A DNA stretch of 64,000 nucleotides, from assembly GCF_964204645.1 (NCBI RefSeq), contig NC_134028.1, positions 24,300,345 to 24,364,344 on the forward strand, read 5' to 3'. The position numbers and the translations under genes were made by a program. The notes under the pieces are model-generated. The model saw nothing but the letters and a program-made list of their open reading frames with translations. It was not told where the DNA came from and did no database searches. Positions 25,421 to 39,075 of the stretch are shown piece by piece. Source of the DNA: Tubulanus polymorphus. Lineage: Eukaryota > Animalia > Nemertea. Position 1 is the stretch's first letter. Every line of letters starts with the position of its first letter.

Positions 25421-28400
25421 CGATAGTCGAAATATATTAGGAATATCTCGAATTTAAAACACGTTCGAGAAAAAAAAAACTCCGATAATAATTTTTTGTA
25501 TCTATTTTTTGAAATAGTCATTTAATATTTTATGTGATATATAGAAAATATTCATTAAACAATTTGTTAAAGTGTGTTACCCCTGGTTCTAGGTATATGC
25601 TGGAATTTCTATGTCCCTCCCAATAACAAACTCGCGTTCCCGTAAATGATAATGTCGTGATATTATGTTAAAGCTCGAGTCTAGTTCACACTTAGTCAAA
25701 CTTTCGCTTTTTTCATAGGTTCCCTTTTTTTCTGTTGAAGATTAACTCGTTTATGCTTCCAGAAAGAGTATTTCCGAACTATGAAGAATATATATCAGTG
25801 GAATATATGATTTCAGTTTGTATGCGTATGAAAAACAAGCTATTATTCATTACAAGAATATCTTGTTTTTGTCCATGATTTTTTCTCATCGCGACATAAT
25901 TTTCTGTCTATTGAAAACTAGTATAGTAGATAATTAGCTTGTCAAAAAAATCTGTACTCGGGGGGAGGGGAGGGGCTTTTCTTCAATATTGCCGAGGGCT
26001 CCATAGAATTATACCTGATGAGATAATATTTATGTCATGTATTCGATATTATTCTATGTTGTACTTAAAAATTTCGAATAATTTTTCGTGTTGGAAATCG
26101 CTTTGAATCTGAAGTGTGGCAAAACCAATTGAAAGCGTTTACCCAATTAGTTCAGCAAGACCGTTTTGATTGAACGCAAAAGTTATTTTCAATCGCGAGA
26201 AAGAATCATTTTCTCCGATGAAATCCGGTTTTACCCGATGAGCCGAAATACAAAACCATTTATGATTTGATGTTTAAGGCAAGATTTGTAGCGAGTCTGA
26301 CAATTTCTGAAAATAGCTTATTTTTGGAAAAATTATGCTCTGATAAGTGCTTAATTTCAAGTAAAATCCTGAAAGCGTTGAAAAGTACTTTCTTTTCAGA
26401 GGCGATGTCATCGCAGAAAATTCTACTGACAAATTTTATCGCGGTCTATTTTGATTTAGAATGCTGGAAGCTCATAGAAAAATGGTGGGAACTCGTCTTT
26501 GTATTCGAGAAAAAGTCTCGATCCTACTTACTACTAAGAACCCCCCCCCTTTAAGGGCAGGAATTCCTTATGCTTCGACTTGTTGGAAAATATTTTTCCA
26601 AACTTTCCAGAAGTTCCCTTTTTATCCCTTATAGATGATTTACTCTTTTCGTTGAAACTCTACGTGTTTTGATTTGATTTTTACTTAGATAATTCTCTGA
26701 TTTTCGTTAAGTATTGAGTGCAATTATAATTTGTAAGTTTGACGTCGGGACCCGGTTCCACAGTTCTCTTGGTTTAGTTTGACTCTAAATTTAAATCAGT
26801 TTCTATTGTTTTAGCCTTAGATTCAAGGGTCCCATATGCTGAAATTCTAAAGGGGCTGCATTCATTGTTAAATGTATGACATCATTGCTGCTATAGTAGT
26901 ATGCTGAAGTAGTAAGGCTTTTGATCTTCCAAAAAATACAGAAAATTAAGCTTAATTTTGGTGTAAGCTTCTATTTTTCACATTAGCTCAATGTATTTCA
27001 TAGCGATTATCAGCATTGAAAGAATATTAACATCCTCTCTGGTTTGGGCAGAAGATATTCTATAAGTGGTGGCTGATTCTCAGAGGGGTGGATGTGAAAA
27101 TGAAAGGGTAGGCTGCCCCTCTAAAAACCCAGAGAACATTGAACTGCGGAACTGGATCCAGTTTGTTGGAAATGTCCCCTGTAAATCCTCTTACGTTTGG
27201 TTTTGTTTGTTTGTGATGATTATGGCTTCTATACTTAAAAAAATACGAATGGGGCAAAATTTTAGAACAGAAGTTTTGGCTTTTTTTGAATGATTGAATA
27301 ATGTGTATTATTGTTGTTATATTGATTTGTAGCCAAATACTTCAGATAATTGAGTTACATACACTTCAGATCAGTTTGTTGCGTAGCAGGGGCAGATGCC
27401 TCCCAGAAATTTTGGAAAAGTATCCCTTTTATTGTTATATACAATAACGATTTATGTATAGAATCGTTCACTTGGGACTTACAAACATTTTATTATAGGC
27501 CGAACAGATTTTTTGTTATGGCAAATTAGAAGAATTATTATATCGGTTTAACTGCCCATTTTGGCTTTCTAATCCCAGGTATTATTTATGGCCCATCTTT
27601 GCGTAAATAGATCGTAAAGTATGACCTAATACTGGGTTTCTTAATAATCTGTTTGATTTGATTGGTCCAAAATCATGCAAATTAAGCGGGTTCTGTTGTA
27701 TCTTTGCGTTCAGGTTTTTTCCTCGTTTCGAAATAGATTTCAATTTGTTTAAGTGTTACTGTAATTACTAACTCGGTGTGTGAACGTTTTGTCACTCGAG
27801 TAAAAAGCGTATACAAGAGCTCATCGTCTTCAGAGTGTGAAATTGATTGATCCACTTAAAAAATCATGATTTCGATAAATGAGAATAAAATACGACTCTA
27901 ATCTAGAGATATTTGATATTCAGGATCCAGTTCTACAGTTGTCGGGGTTTAAGTTCGCCTCAGAAATTGTAATCAGTTCATTTTGAATGTTTTCAACTCT
28001 ACGGTCTGATATTTGATTTCGATAACTTTGGAACCGGGTCCAGCCTACCGCCCTCGCGGGGAAGAACGTTAGATTATTTTTTGAATATTTTTTTCGGCTT
28101 TGTTTTATGATACTTTTCCTTTTTATAGATCTATCTCTGCACGCGAGAAATTGAACCTCGTTATAACGAACTCGGATATCTTCACTTATTCATTCGGAAA
28201 ATTGATTAGGTTTTTTTTTACCGTAATAGCGAAATATCGGTTTTAATCCCCCAGTTCGACTGTTGTGGTTAAGAATACGAGTCTTTACAGTTGAATATTT
28301 GAAAGTTAACTACATATAACTTTTAAATCGTTACCTCAATATTGTGCAACCGGATCCTGATATTCTGAGTTCGTTGTAACGGGGTTTCTTTATACTTTAT

Positions 28401-29748
28401 TACCGTTTATAAAAGTTTTTTTTTAAAGTCCAGATTTCTAGATTTTACCTTCGAAAACAAACTTTGTTTCTTCTTATGATTTTTACCATTGATGCGATGA
28501 ATTTTAAGCGACTTTAATGCGAATGATGAGATTTTAGCGGTTTTTTTGTGCGAAATTATAATACTTACCAGACTGTTCCAGTGTATGCGTGCATTCTTAT
28601 GTATGGAATTTTTTAATACCTACTTATAAGATATAGAAGCAAAATTATACATTATATATATTTTTATATGAAGACAATTATATATATATATTATACGTGA
28701 TGATGTATGTGATTTGTTATAATCGACCTTGACCTTGAAACGCGTGCGGTGCAAAATCTTTCAGCGCGCTCTACTGGACGTAAATCACCTAGTTTAGATC
28801 GGGGATTGAAGATTTCCCAAAATAAATCTTAGTCAGATTTACTGACTTGAAACATGGACTCTAAAACGATTTTAGATTCGTTTTAGAGTTCATGCTTGAA
28901 CGGTTTACCGAGAAACTTCATCAGATTCCCAATTGAGAATCGGGCAACTCGCCCCGAGGCGTGGTTTACAGTTGTTGCGATCTCTGAACAATTCTTTTGA
29001 ACATTTTGACAAACAAATCTCAGAGCCGTGTTTCATTGTGGTTTGATAAAAGTAGGTATCATCAAATTCGCGTTTGAAGAGAAACTCGAATGTTTTTGAA
29101 ATACATTAGTTTGGCACTGACACTGAGACAACAGTCGCTACTTGCCGATTTAACTTACGTATTACTTTATCTGCTTGGGATAGAAATCTGTAAAGTTTGT
29201 ATTATTGCAAAACGGTTTGTCACGATTCAAATAAAATATTGGCACAAATAAAGTTTCGTTGTTTGTTTTTCTTTTTTTTTGAGGATGTGTCGCGATAACG
29301 GCATTATACTACTTTTCCACCCGGCGGCAATCCAAATATTTGTTGGTTTGGGCTTCTTAACAATCTTGGTACCTCAAACCTCTCTTCCCTTGATTAAAGT
29401 GGCCCTGGCTCCCGGTCTATTACCCATTCATCGCGTGTGGACTTGCGTATTTACAAATCAGGGGATGGTGGACTTTCTACCTCATTGCTGGATTCATCCT
29501 CGATTATCTAGGGTGACGACGATAGACAATTAAGTCCCTGGATCGTGGATAGTCGGCAAGCAAATCCTCGGCTTAGACTTAAGACCAGTTATAAGATTTA
29601 AGACCACTTTTTGACGTACTTCTCGACTATGGAGCCAGCCCTCAGGTGACGTCACCCATCAATAAGTGATATTCTGAGAGGTGGTTGCGCTACGTTATTC
29701 TAAACGAAATGCCGAAAAGCCTTTATGATTGTTTATTTTCTATTTAGT

Positions 29749-30798
29749 TTATAAATTGGTTTCTTTTAGATGAACAGTTAAATCCTGTAATTCGTTTGCC
29801 AGACATGCCGCTGATAGAGGGCTATTCTTGCTAGTAGAATACCTAGACGTGCTCGACTTGATTATCTCCGTTAAATGGTCGTCGTTTATTTTCATGTGAA
29901 CCCGTATCTTATTCAGGATGACTCCAATCGAGTATACGTCGAAACGACGACGATCAGTCAAACCAACGCTGAAGAATTCCGGTACCATGACAGACGACCT
30001 TGTTGCGCGATCCCCCATCACGTCAGCGCCCACTTGAAATCGCCATTCATTTTCCGGCGATGCGGCGCTTAAATTGATTAATCGCGGTATCATTTTGCCC
30101 CGTAGATCTCTCACAACGATATTTTCCATCCCGATGTTGTTGATTACGATTCCTTTCTTGTGGACCGAGTTAACGATAACGCTTACGCAATACATGACTT
30201 CCGTCCAGTCGGATAGTTTGTATTTCGTCGGTTGGTTTCTTCGCAGACGTTTTATTTCGCTGGTGAACATTGTTTTGAGGCTGATCCCGCCGTCTTTCAT
30301 GGCCAGCGCCCAGTCGTGATATCCGTCCTGGCGATTATCAGGCATCAAAGGAACCAATCCTAACATTTGCGGCACCGCTGGGGTCGATTGAAGGTATTTG
30401 AGCATCGTCGCTTCCTCGAGAATATTATGAATTGAAGAGCGATTTTTCTGGAAGTATTTCAACACTATCGGAGTACCCTGATATATGGCGCGGTAAACAT
30501 TACTTCCCGATCTACCTAGCTTTGAATTTGTACCTTCTTCATTCGTGTAAAGCCGTACCTTTCGGTGGGCACCATTCAAAAACAAAGATTTCCAATCTAT
30601 CAATTCGTTGACGGCCTCGGATTTCCACAGGATTTTCGCTGCTCGAATCATTTCCTTTATTTGTTCGATGTTGACGGGAAGTGGGAAAACACGGGGCACG
30701 AAATCTACGTCTGAAGTTGGGTCAATGAAAGTCACATTGAGCACGGATCGAGAGTGAGATTGACCGGGGTCATGGGCTGCTACATCATTGCCTTCCAT
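29749..30798 (-). CDS. Protein kinase-fold protein, predicted pseudokinase (single coding exon)
   Basis: 349-aa ORF with kinase subdomain order: LGRSGSNVYRA, IVLK, EEATML, VPQMLGL, catalytic loop IVINNIGMENIVV, PRLINLSAA, MVPE, DVYSIGVIL. A splice acceptor lies just upstream of the ATG. Confidence 0.8.
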   Translation of the reverse strand: MEGNDVAAHDPGQSHSRSVLNVTFIDPTSDVDFVPRVFPLPVNIEQIKEMIRAAKILWKSEAVNELIDWKSLFLNGAHRKVRLYTNEEGTNSKLGRSGSNVYRAIYQGTPIVLKYFQKNRSSIHNILEEATMLKYLQSTPAVPQMLGLVPLMPDNRQDGYHDWALAMKDGGISLKTMFTSEIKRLRRNQPTKYKLSDWTEVMYCVSVIVNSVHKKGIVINNIGMENIVVRDLRGKMIPRLINLSAASPENEWRFQVGADVMGDRATRSSVMVPEFFSVGLTDRRRFDVYSIGVILNKIRVHMKINDDHLTEIIKSSTSRYSTSKNSPLSAACLANELQDLTVHLKETNL

Positions 30799-31838
30799 AA
30801 TCTAACAACAGAAAAAAAAACAATAGTTCACTGTCAAAAGTGTATTCGAACAAAAATATGCTGGATTTTGCGCATAATGATTTGTTATTAGTACCGGCTT
30901 CTCTAGTGTTATCGAGGCTTCTCGAGCTTCAAACGAAGTGTTCTGTATCATTTCTTGATATCGTGCTCGTCCCGGTTCTGTACAACCACGAAATTCTGAG
31001 GCGAATAAACGAAAATATTAGAAACCACATTCTATACGCAGCAGTCCTCGGAGCCAGGAATTACAAGGGGTACTTTATTCTTAATGGCATTCAGTTAGTA
31101 TATCTTTAAAACAACTATTAAAAACAAAGTACGTTAAACCGCTCAGAAATAAAGCATCATCTGCAAACTGATGAAGGTCAGTGTATGGAAGAAGAAAACT
31201 CAAAATAAATATTCTATTTAGGATTTTACCTCTTTTGGGTCTTTTCAAGCCCGGTGTAATCGGCAACTTCTCGTAATTTCGTATACCTAACAACGAATAA
31301 TCCATCTTATATATGATCCGCAACCCTGACCTGATCGGATGTGACGAGTTGCTAAGATAATATTACCAAGGTAACCAGGTGTTCCGGGCTGCCCTATAAG
31401 TCGATATCTAGGGAAATCGACGGTAACTAGGGCGCTCTTTAAATAAAAAAGGCTGATCATTTTTTAGTTTAAATCGTAATAAATGGAAACTTCATGATCA
31501 GAATTGATGCATCGCATGTTGTGCTATTGAAAACAGTTTGACGTGGGATGGTTTGATTTATTCGTAATCAAATTAACGATATCATTCGTAGGCTGCGCAT
31601 AATGTGTATATTTTTTTTCATCGCTGATGGAAACAGCGAGCGCGAAATCATCATTCAACATCGAGCAACATTAACGCCAGTAGTGAACCGCAGCGCGGGG
31701 TACTGTTTGAATCCATTACGATAACGATGGATGTCATTTTGTGTAAAAAATGGAGTCATCAGAAATGGATTCATTAGACGGCGGATTTTCATTTAAAGCC
31801 TGATCGAACTTCTATCAAGACGGGAATCAGTTACTGAA

Positions 31839-34800
31839 ATGAAGACATCAAACATTTGTCTTGTTCTCGCGCTGTGTCAAGTAACCTTCGTCCTCGGGGC
31901 TAAAGTAAATCGAATGAAAATTGGTAAGGATATGCATGCATAAAATTCTGATTTATCGAAGTACGTATCCAGCGTTTTTTTTTGAGTGACGCGCGCTAAT
32001 CAGCTTTAGAAATGAATTTCAGGAATGGTTCTCGATAAAAAGTTTGCTTCGCTTGAGAATCTCACTCGGTTCGCTATAAACGAATGGAAAACGGTCGATA
32101 AAGATGTTAGTTTTGTGTTATCTATTATCAATGATGAGTCCGGTTTACTGGCAATCTTAAATAGCGGTAGGTTGATATCAACTTGATCCATTTTTCTCTT
32201 ATGCGGCATATAGAAAGCTATCCTTCATCCGACTAAGATTGGACGAAATTAGTTTTTGTTAATTCTATTCTTCAAGTTATTTTTTTGTGTTATTCTATCA
32301 CGCATCTCATTTGTGTATTTTTTTGTGGAGTAATAAACATCACCCGTTAGCGTGACTGAGTTTATGGGCAGTTCGTTTACGCGGAAATGCGGACCTTTTC
32401 TAACGGACCCTTTTGTTAAGTCCCCGTAGTAGATAGGTCAAGCCTAGGATTTTATTCAATAATTCATTTACTGAAATTTCATTTTCTACAAAAGAGAACC
32501 TTTTTCGGACACTGGTTGGTTCGTCGTAACCTCCTCAACCTCCCACGCCACGCGGGCCTAATAAACTCTATATCATATTTTTTCTGAACTTTGATTCGTT
32601 TGAATTTTTCTTCAGTTTGTAATATTCTGGCTAATGAGCTACACGTGTTGATAGCAGTAACTTCAAACAGTGTATCCCGCATAATCGCAGAACTGATCGC
32701 AAATTCCTCGATTCCATTACTGACCATTCCAACCGCGCCGTTGTCTTCACCCATCGCGTCTACGATCGACGTTTCTCCGACTATGGATGACACGATTTCG
32801 GTTGTATTGAGCATCGCTCAGCAAAAACAGTCGAAATCATTCTCCAGCGTCGTCGTCATCCACGATACTGAAAATACAGGTAAAAACGATCGGGAAAAGA
32901 GAGTTTCGAAACGGCTGTGAGATTTATGTAGAGCTCAACACCGAAACAGAAACACGGAAACAAATATGTTTGATCTCGGAGACTTTGTTCCCGAAACTTT
33001 GTTTCTCGTTCTCGTAAATGCACACATTAATACAGGAAACTCTCGCTAAGATATTTGTGCGTCGTTTTTTCTCTTTCTTAAAGTTATTTATGATCTTATT
33101 TTCCTTCTTATGTCGCGTTCGTAAACTTCAGAATGGGCCACAGAAATGATCGCTCGACTTACGAATCTAGAGATAGAATCTTCAGTTTACAAGATCGACG
33201 GCTCAAGTCTACGCGATCGAAAACTGTCCGCGAAAAAAGTCGTTAGGTTGATTGACGACTGCAAAGTATTATCGTACAGCAGTTTGTTCATCATTCGAAC
33301 TGAAAACAATCTAAGTGCTTACACGCTGACAGAGGTTAGTTTTAACAATAAGGTGATAGTGAAATTATGCGCACTCATTCATTTCGTTTACAGGGGCTCG
33401 TATTAGAGTTATAGGTCGTGTAAAAACGATAATCTGTTAACCCAGTGTCTATAATATACGTACTGTCTGGATTAACAGATTATCGTTTTTACACGACCTA
33501 CAACTTTGATACGAGCCATTTTGTGATTTCGTAATGTGTTATCTTTAAGAATTGTATAGCGGGTTCTAATTTCGTATTCTCTAATCGTAGGTTTGGGATT
33601 CGAACCTGCCTGTTCGGATCATGCGCTGGATCGTTGTAGCCGATGCCTCTTTTTCCCTCTCACACGTTGCTAATTACAGTAATTTAGCGGTAATCTACCC
33701 GGGTTTGAATTGCGTCGAAGTCAAATCTTCAAATTCGAACGTAAGTCGGCCCAAAATCAAAGAGAATAGAATGTCATAGAATATGTTTTATCACTCGACA
33801 AAAATACAGTTGTTTTGAGCACCAAAAAAATCAAAACAGAAATTGTGAAAATTACAATGATTAATACGGTTTATGCATAAACAGATAGTTCACAAACGAA
33901 CTACCTGAGAATATTTTTCAAATCATTTTCATAAATTCATTATCTTCTTACATTTATAATGCAATCGAATTTAAACCTAATCGGTGATTTTTTGAAAATG
34001 AAGACATTTTTTCTTTAATCGTTACAGTACGTAATGTGGTCACTGTTGGACACGCTTCACTACCTACGAAATACTATCGAATCTCGAATCTCGAATGTTG
34101 GATATCTGAATAACGGCTCCATCGCTCGCTGCTCGAATTCGTCGATTGCAATTAACGCCCCATCTGACGACGATGCTACCCTGAAATTGTTTGAGGTAAT
34201 TCATTCATGACATAGCAGCGCGTTCATTTGGTTTGTTTGCGTTACGAAGGTCAATCTAGGTGAACTGGGGCACAGCCCGAGGGAGAGACCTTGGTAAATT
34301 CCGAGAATGATTGATTCCACGCAATAGCGCGTTCTTTGATGTTTAGCTTGTTTTTGTTTATAGTAGGTGAAATAGGTGAATTCAGGCACGGTGCGAGGGA
34401 AAAATTTGTAAAATTCGAAAATAATTCCACATTATTATCAATCCAGGCAGAATGTTTGGTTAAAATTAGCAGCCATGGAAACGTGGCGACCTACTTGACT
34501 GATAACGAATGTTTGTTGTCGTTTATCCGCCTTCGTTTGAAAGTACATCAAGCATTTGTTCGTTTGACGGAAATTGATTTTGTTTGATCTATTTGTATCG
34601 GGTAAATATTTTCCCGGTTGAGTTGCGCTTTTACGAGACGTGTTTTAGCGAAATGTTGATTAGGTATCATTGACATCGGGAGAAGGCTGCGAGTTATAGT
34701 ATGAATCATCACAAATCCAAAACCCAGGTCCTTTGAAATATCGATTCTAAAGTTCATCGTAGTTCATTTTTAATGTTTTTTTATCATGGTCGTTTCAAGT

Positions 34801-37800
34801 TGGTTTTCTTGTTAATATCAACCTGGAATAAACGTTTTCTTACAGCAGACAAACTCATCCAAACTGAATAACGAAACCGCGATGAAATTCAACGACAACC
34901 GAGTTCGAATCGACGGCCGATTCTGCGTGATGAGCTGCCGGACTGACGTCACTGGTCGCGGTGAAATGTTGCCGGTTGCCGAATGGACGACTGTCGGACA
35001 ATCCTTAACCATGCTACACGATCATAAACAGATATTCCCGGAGAAATTTTCACAATTCAACGGAAAACAATTAATCGTAGCGGCCCTCGAGGTAGGTTTC
35101 CTCTCTATAGAAATATTTGTTACAGTATCGGTACCTATTTTCACAGGCACTATTCTTTTCCACGCATATTCTACAGGCAAAACCGTTTAATATTCGAGTT
35201 GGTGAAATGCCTGACGGATTCGTTAGATTCAAAGGGTTTTGTTTCGATATTCTGGATGAACTGGCCAATCAACTTAATTTCACGTGAGCTTGATTAAATT
35301 CGTAACTCTTTCTGGGGTTAGGATAAGCGTGAATGACTGAGAACGTTATGTGTTTTTTCAGGTATAAGATAATCGAACCGATTGATAAAAAGTGGGGTGC
35401 TCCGGTAAAGAATGGAACCTGGAACGGAATGGTCGGCATGGTTAAAAGAGGGGTAAGTGACGTACTCGTCGGACTTTGGCGGGATCTAGGGACGAATAGG
35501 GGGCCCGTACTGAATGGACATATCATGATTTATAATCATATATAGCAGAGAGAGGTTCCGCAGATCCTTGGGTAGCAGTCAGCCACACTTGGGTAGCTGT
35601 CAGTCAGTCTTGGGTAGCAGTCAGTCAGTCTTGGGTAGCTGTCAGTCAGTCTTGGGTAGCAGTCAGTCAGTCTTGGGTAGCTGTCAGTCAGTCTTGGGTA
35701 GCAGTCAGTCAGTCTTGGGTAGCTGTCAGTCAGTCTTGGGTAGCAGTCAGTCAGTCTTGGGTAGCAGCCGGGTCCTCAGTGGCATATGAAAAAAAGAACC
35801 AATTTCAAAGTAACGACTGATCATTATTACCGCATTGTGTTTTCTTTTATTCTCTTTTACGCGCAAGGAATCGGATTTCGCCGTCGGGCCGTTTACAATA
35901 ACCGCGATTCGAGAATCAGTGATAGACTTCACAACGCCTTACATCGAAGACGGAGCCGGCATGATCATGAAAAAACCGACCGAGAAAAACAAAGCTTTCA
36001 AGATCTTCAAACCGTTGAATTACAACGTGTGGTTGTCGATTACCGCGACGATAGTCGTCTCAAGTTTGGTTCTATTCGTCGTGACGTTGCGCAGTCCTTT
36101 CGATAGGCGGCAGTTGGCGAAACGAATCGCCTCGAAATGTCCGAAGAAAGCTCGTAATAAGAGCAGTATACAGAACAGTATATGGCTCGCGTTTGGTTGT
36201 TTTATGGAACAAGGTTAATCGATACATTACTAGCTCTTAATCTGCAATAATTCGTCACGATTCATTATGTATAACTGATAAAAACGTCGATTTGAAATCT
36301 ATTTCACTAAAGCATTAAAAATCAAGAATTTCATCTTCAACGAAATTTCTATCACATGTCCGGGCGCTTTCTGCAGTGCACAAATAGATGACTAACTGTA
36401 CAGTGAGGCCCGTGATCAGTTGCGTGGTTCACTATTCGGTATTACTATAAGTTCACAAATAGTCGACTAACTCCTATATCCGAAGTTCGCTCTCGCGTCA
36501 TACTATGAATAATGAACTTATTTCGTGCTGTTTGGAAAGGACCTCTGATTATTGTCATTTTCGTTGCAGGTTGTGATTTCTACCCGAAAGCGTTCTCAGG
36601 TCGAATTATAGTCGTTTTCTGGTGGTTCTTCACTATCATTATCGTAGCGACTTACACGGCAGATTTAGCCGCCTATCTGACCGTGCCTGATATTCCTGTG
36701 CCGCTGCGGGATCTCGACCAACTCGTACGTCAGAAACAAATACTTCCGCTATTCAAACCGGGTTCGAACCTGTATACGTTATTTGAGGTATATTATGTTG
36801 CTCTTTGGATTCGGTATCACCATGGACTCTTAAGTCTATGGTATTATGGATCAATTTCTTTTAACTTTTACCCCGGGGTTAACTTGATTGACTCTGTGGA
36901 GCCCGAGCATACTTCTGGCAAATTCACGTTTTCTTGAATTTATTTTTTCAATTAATGAAAGTCATAGTAGGCACACACTGAAATAGTCTACATGGAGTAC
37001 TTGATGCAGCTGTGGCTTGAGACCGTTTGATTCCATCCTCCCCCGGCAGGGATTCGAACCTGATGGCATCGAGATTGCCACGGCACGAAACCCTGCCATA
37101 ATCGACCGTGTGCGCAGATACATGCGCAGTTCAGATGATGTGATTTTTAGCCAATCGGAAATCCCGTTTTATTTTAGCCCGGGTTTTCCCATTTATAGTT
37201 CTTCCTTGAAATTTGCCTCAACGATTATACAACGAGCAATCTGATTGGTGCCGCCAGTTTTCGTTCGGAAAGCTGCGCATGTATCTGCGCACCCGGTCTA
37301 CTGATGCAGGGGTTCGTGCCGTGGCTGAGTGTAGCGATGCCATCAGGTTCGAGTCCCTGCAGAGGGAGGATGGTTTGATTCTCGCATGAATGTATTTCTA
37401 AATTGCGTTTCAATTAGGCCAATCAGATTTTTTCTTTAGGCTGATATCTTGAGTGCCAAAAACATTTATAAGAGGGGGGGGGGCAGTGTCCAGAGTGCCC
37501 TATATCCGCCCTCGTAGGCATATCAAAGTAATCGTGATACCACCAATTTGTTTTTGTCGTTGAATTAGATGAGCCTATTATTACTCGAATGTACTTTTTT
37601 TAATTTACAGCAAGCTCGTGGTAGTTCAGTGTATTCTAAAGTTTGGATGATGGCGCAGAACATGCCGAGAGTGCTGAGCAACGTGCACGGATTTCAGCTC
37701 GTATTGAGGGACAAAACCTGGGCTTTCATGTCCGATTATCTGCAGCTCGAGTACGAACGCAATAAGAACTGCGGTCAGTACGTCCTGTCGACGGCTAAGT

Positions 37801-38695
37801 TCAATCAAGCCGGCTACGGATTCGTATTACCCGAATATTCCTATTTCCTAGATGCATTTAACGACAGGTATGAATAAATGGGGGTCGTTCGAAGAGAATC
37901 TACGCGCTTATTATCCATCCAAAGTTTCGTATTTTAAAGCGTAATAGATTTGATTGAAGAATGAGGAATACTTGAGTTTTGTAGTCATTTGACTCATTTT
38001 CAAGACTGGCCTGAAGATAATAGATTTTGAATAGGCTGTTGAACCATGGATTCAGAATATAGTCTTAGAATTAAGCATTGTCTACGCAGTCGGAACCCAG
38101 GGCTAGCTGCCGCCCGTTGCTTAGATTGGCGTCAGGCTTAGATTTTTAGTTTAATCTGGTCCACAGGGCTAATCTGGCTGTGAACGTCAAGGAATTGAGA
38201 CATTTAATTTTCCAGATTCAATTACTTTATAGAATTTCAAAGATGCAAGAAGCGGGTCTTATCCAGAGGTGGAAGAAAAAGTGGTGGGATTTAGAATTCA
38301 AATGTTTCGACACCGGCGGCTCTTCATCATCGACATCGTCTGACGTATCTACGTCCATCGATCTGGAAACGATAGTCGGTTTATTAATAATTCTGTGCAG
38401 CGCTGTGACACTCGGCGGTTTAGTTCTCACTGTGGAGTTAATAACTACGAAATACGGTCTGAGATTGCGACAGTTTTTAGGCGAAGTTTTCAATAAGTCC
38501 GCGGGAGGTAGATTGACCAATAAAGTCAGACCGATTATTGTGCAACCGGCGACAAACAGTATTGACTTTCTGGAACGTTTCCCACCAATAAACAGAACCA
38601 ATTCGACGTGTACTTTTAATGCTGGTGAAGGTTGTTATCTCAATTCAGGATCGAGCGAATTCAGAATGCGACAAAGATCGCACTCGATACACTGA
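31839..38695 (+). CDS. Ionotropic glutamate receptor-family subunit (divergent AMPA/kainate/delta or IR-like), 13 exons
   Basis: Exons 31839-31923, 32023-32166, 32616-32879, 33132-33334, 33591-33740, 34028-34195, 34846-35091, 35177-35283, 35362-35452, 35868-36213, 36570-36787, 37611-37867, 38233-38695. Signal peptide, ATD-length N-terminus, [39 protein letters not shown], pore [14 protein letters not shown]3 [40 protein letters not shown]4. Confidence 0.9.
33395..33517. mobile_element. Near-perfect palindromic (hairpin) MITE-like element in an iGluR intron
   Basis: ~50-bp inverted arms ggctcgtattagagttataggtcgtgtaaaaacgataatctgttaa / ttaacagattatcgtttttacacgacctacaactttgatacgagcc. Confidence 0.75.
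35568..35768. repeat. 21-bp minisatellite (ttgggtagc(a/t)gtcagtcagtc), mostly alternating as a 42-bp dimer
   Basis: About 9.5 tandem copies in iGluR intron 9. Explains ORF 35568-35789. Confidence 0.95.
37034..37372. mobile_element. Non-autonomous DNA transposon (Mutator-like; 9-bp TSD, long imperfect TIRs) with tRNA-like arms
   Basis: Exact 9-bp TSD GTTTGATTC (37025-37033, 37373-37381). Inverted arms of ~85-95 bp, each with a GGTTCGA(A/G)TCC B box. Confidence 0.85.
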
Positions 38696-39075
38696 TCACT
38701 AAGTTCTTTACACCTGTGATCCTTGAATATGTATTACGAATATTGAAAAAGTGTTAGAATCACCAGAATTGTTCGTAGTAAGTTTGAAACCACAAATGTA
38801 AAAGATTTAAAACGTTATTCGTTCACTGGACGAAACGTCTTGTCTTTTGTCAATTCTTTAGTAATAGATTTCGCTTTTAGATTTATATATTGATGGTTTT
38901 AAACGCCAAAGTTTGGCTATTCTACTAAAAGTGTTCGCGTACTGTCATTCGCTGCTGTGTGAAACTGTTAAAGAAAAAGTGTTTTATTAGACTAAATCAT
39001 GGAAAGACGATGAAATGTTAAATTTGTTAAAGTATTGAGTATAGAAGTTATGTCTTTCGCACAAAACAATTTCAA

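Noticed and set aside
28561-28570. U1 snRNA start (ATACTTACC)
   Set aside because: Only 9 nt match; the downstream U1 sequence is absent.
37045-37097. Functional tRNA gene or hammerhead (CTGATGG...GAAAC)
   Set aside because: No D arm or A box and an imperfect T stem; hammerhead core and stems do not fit; the sequence is part of a TSD-flanked element.
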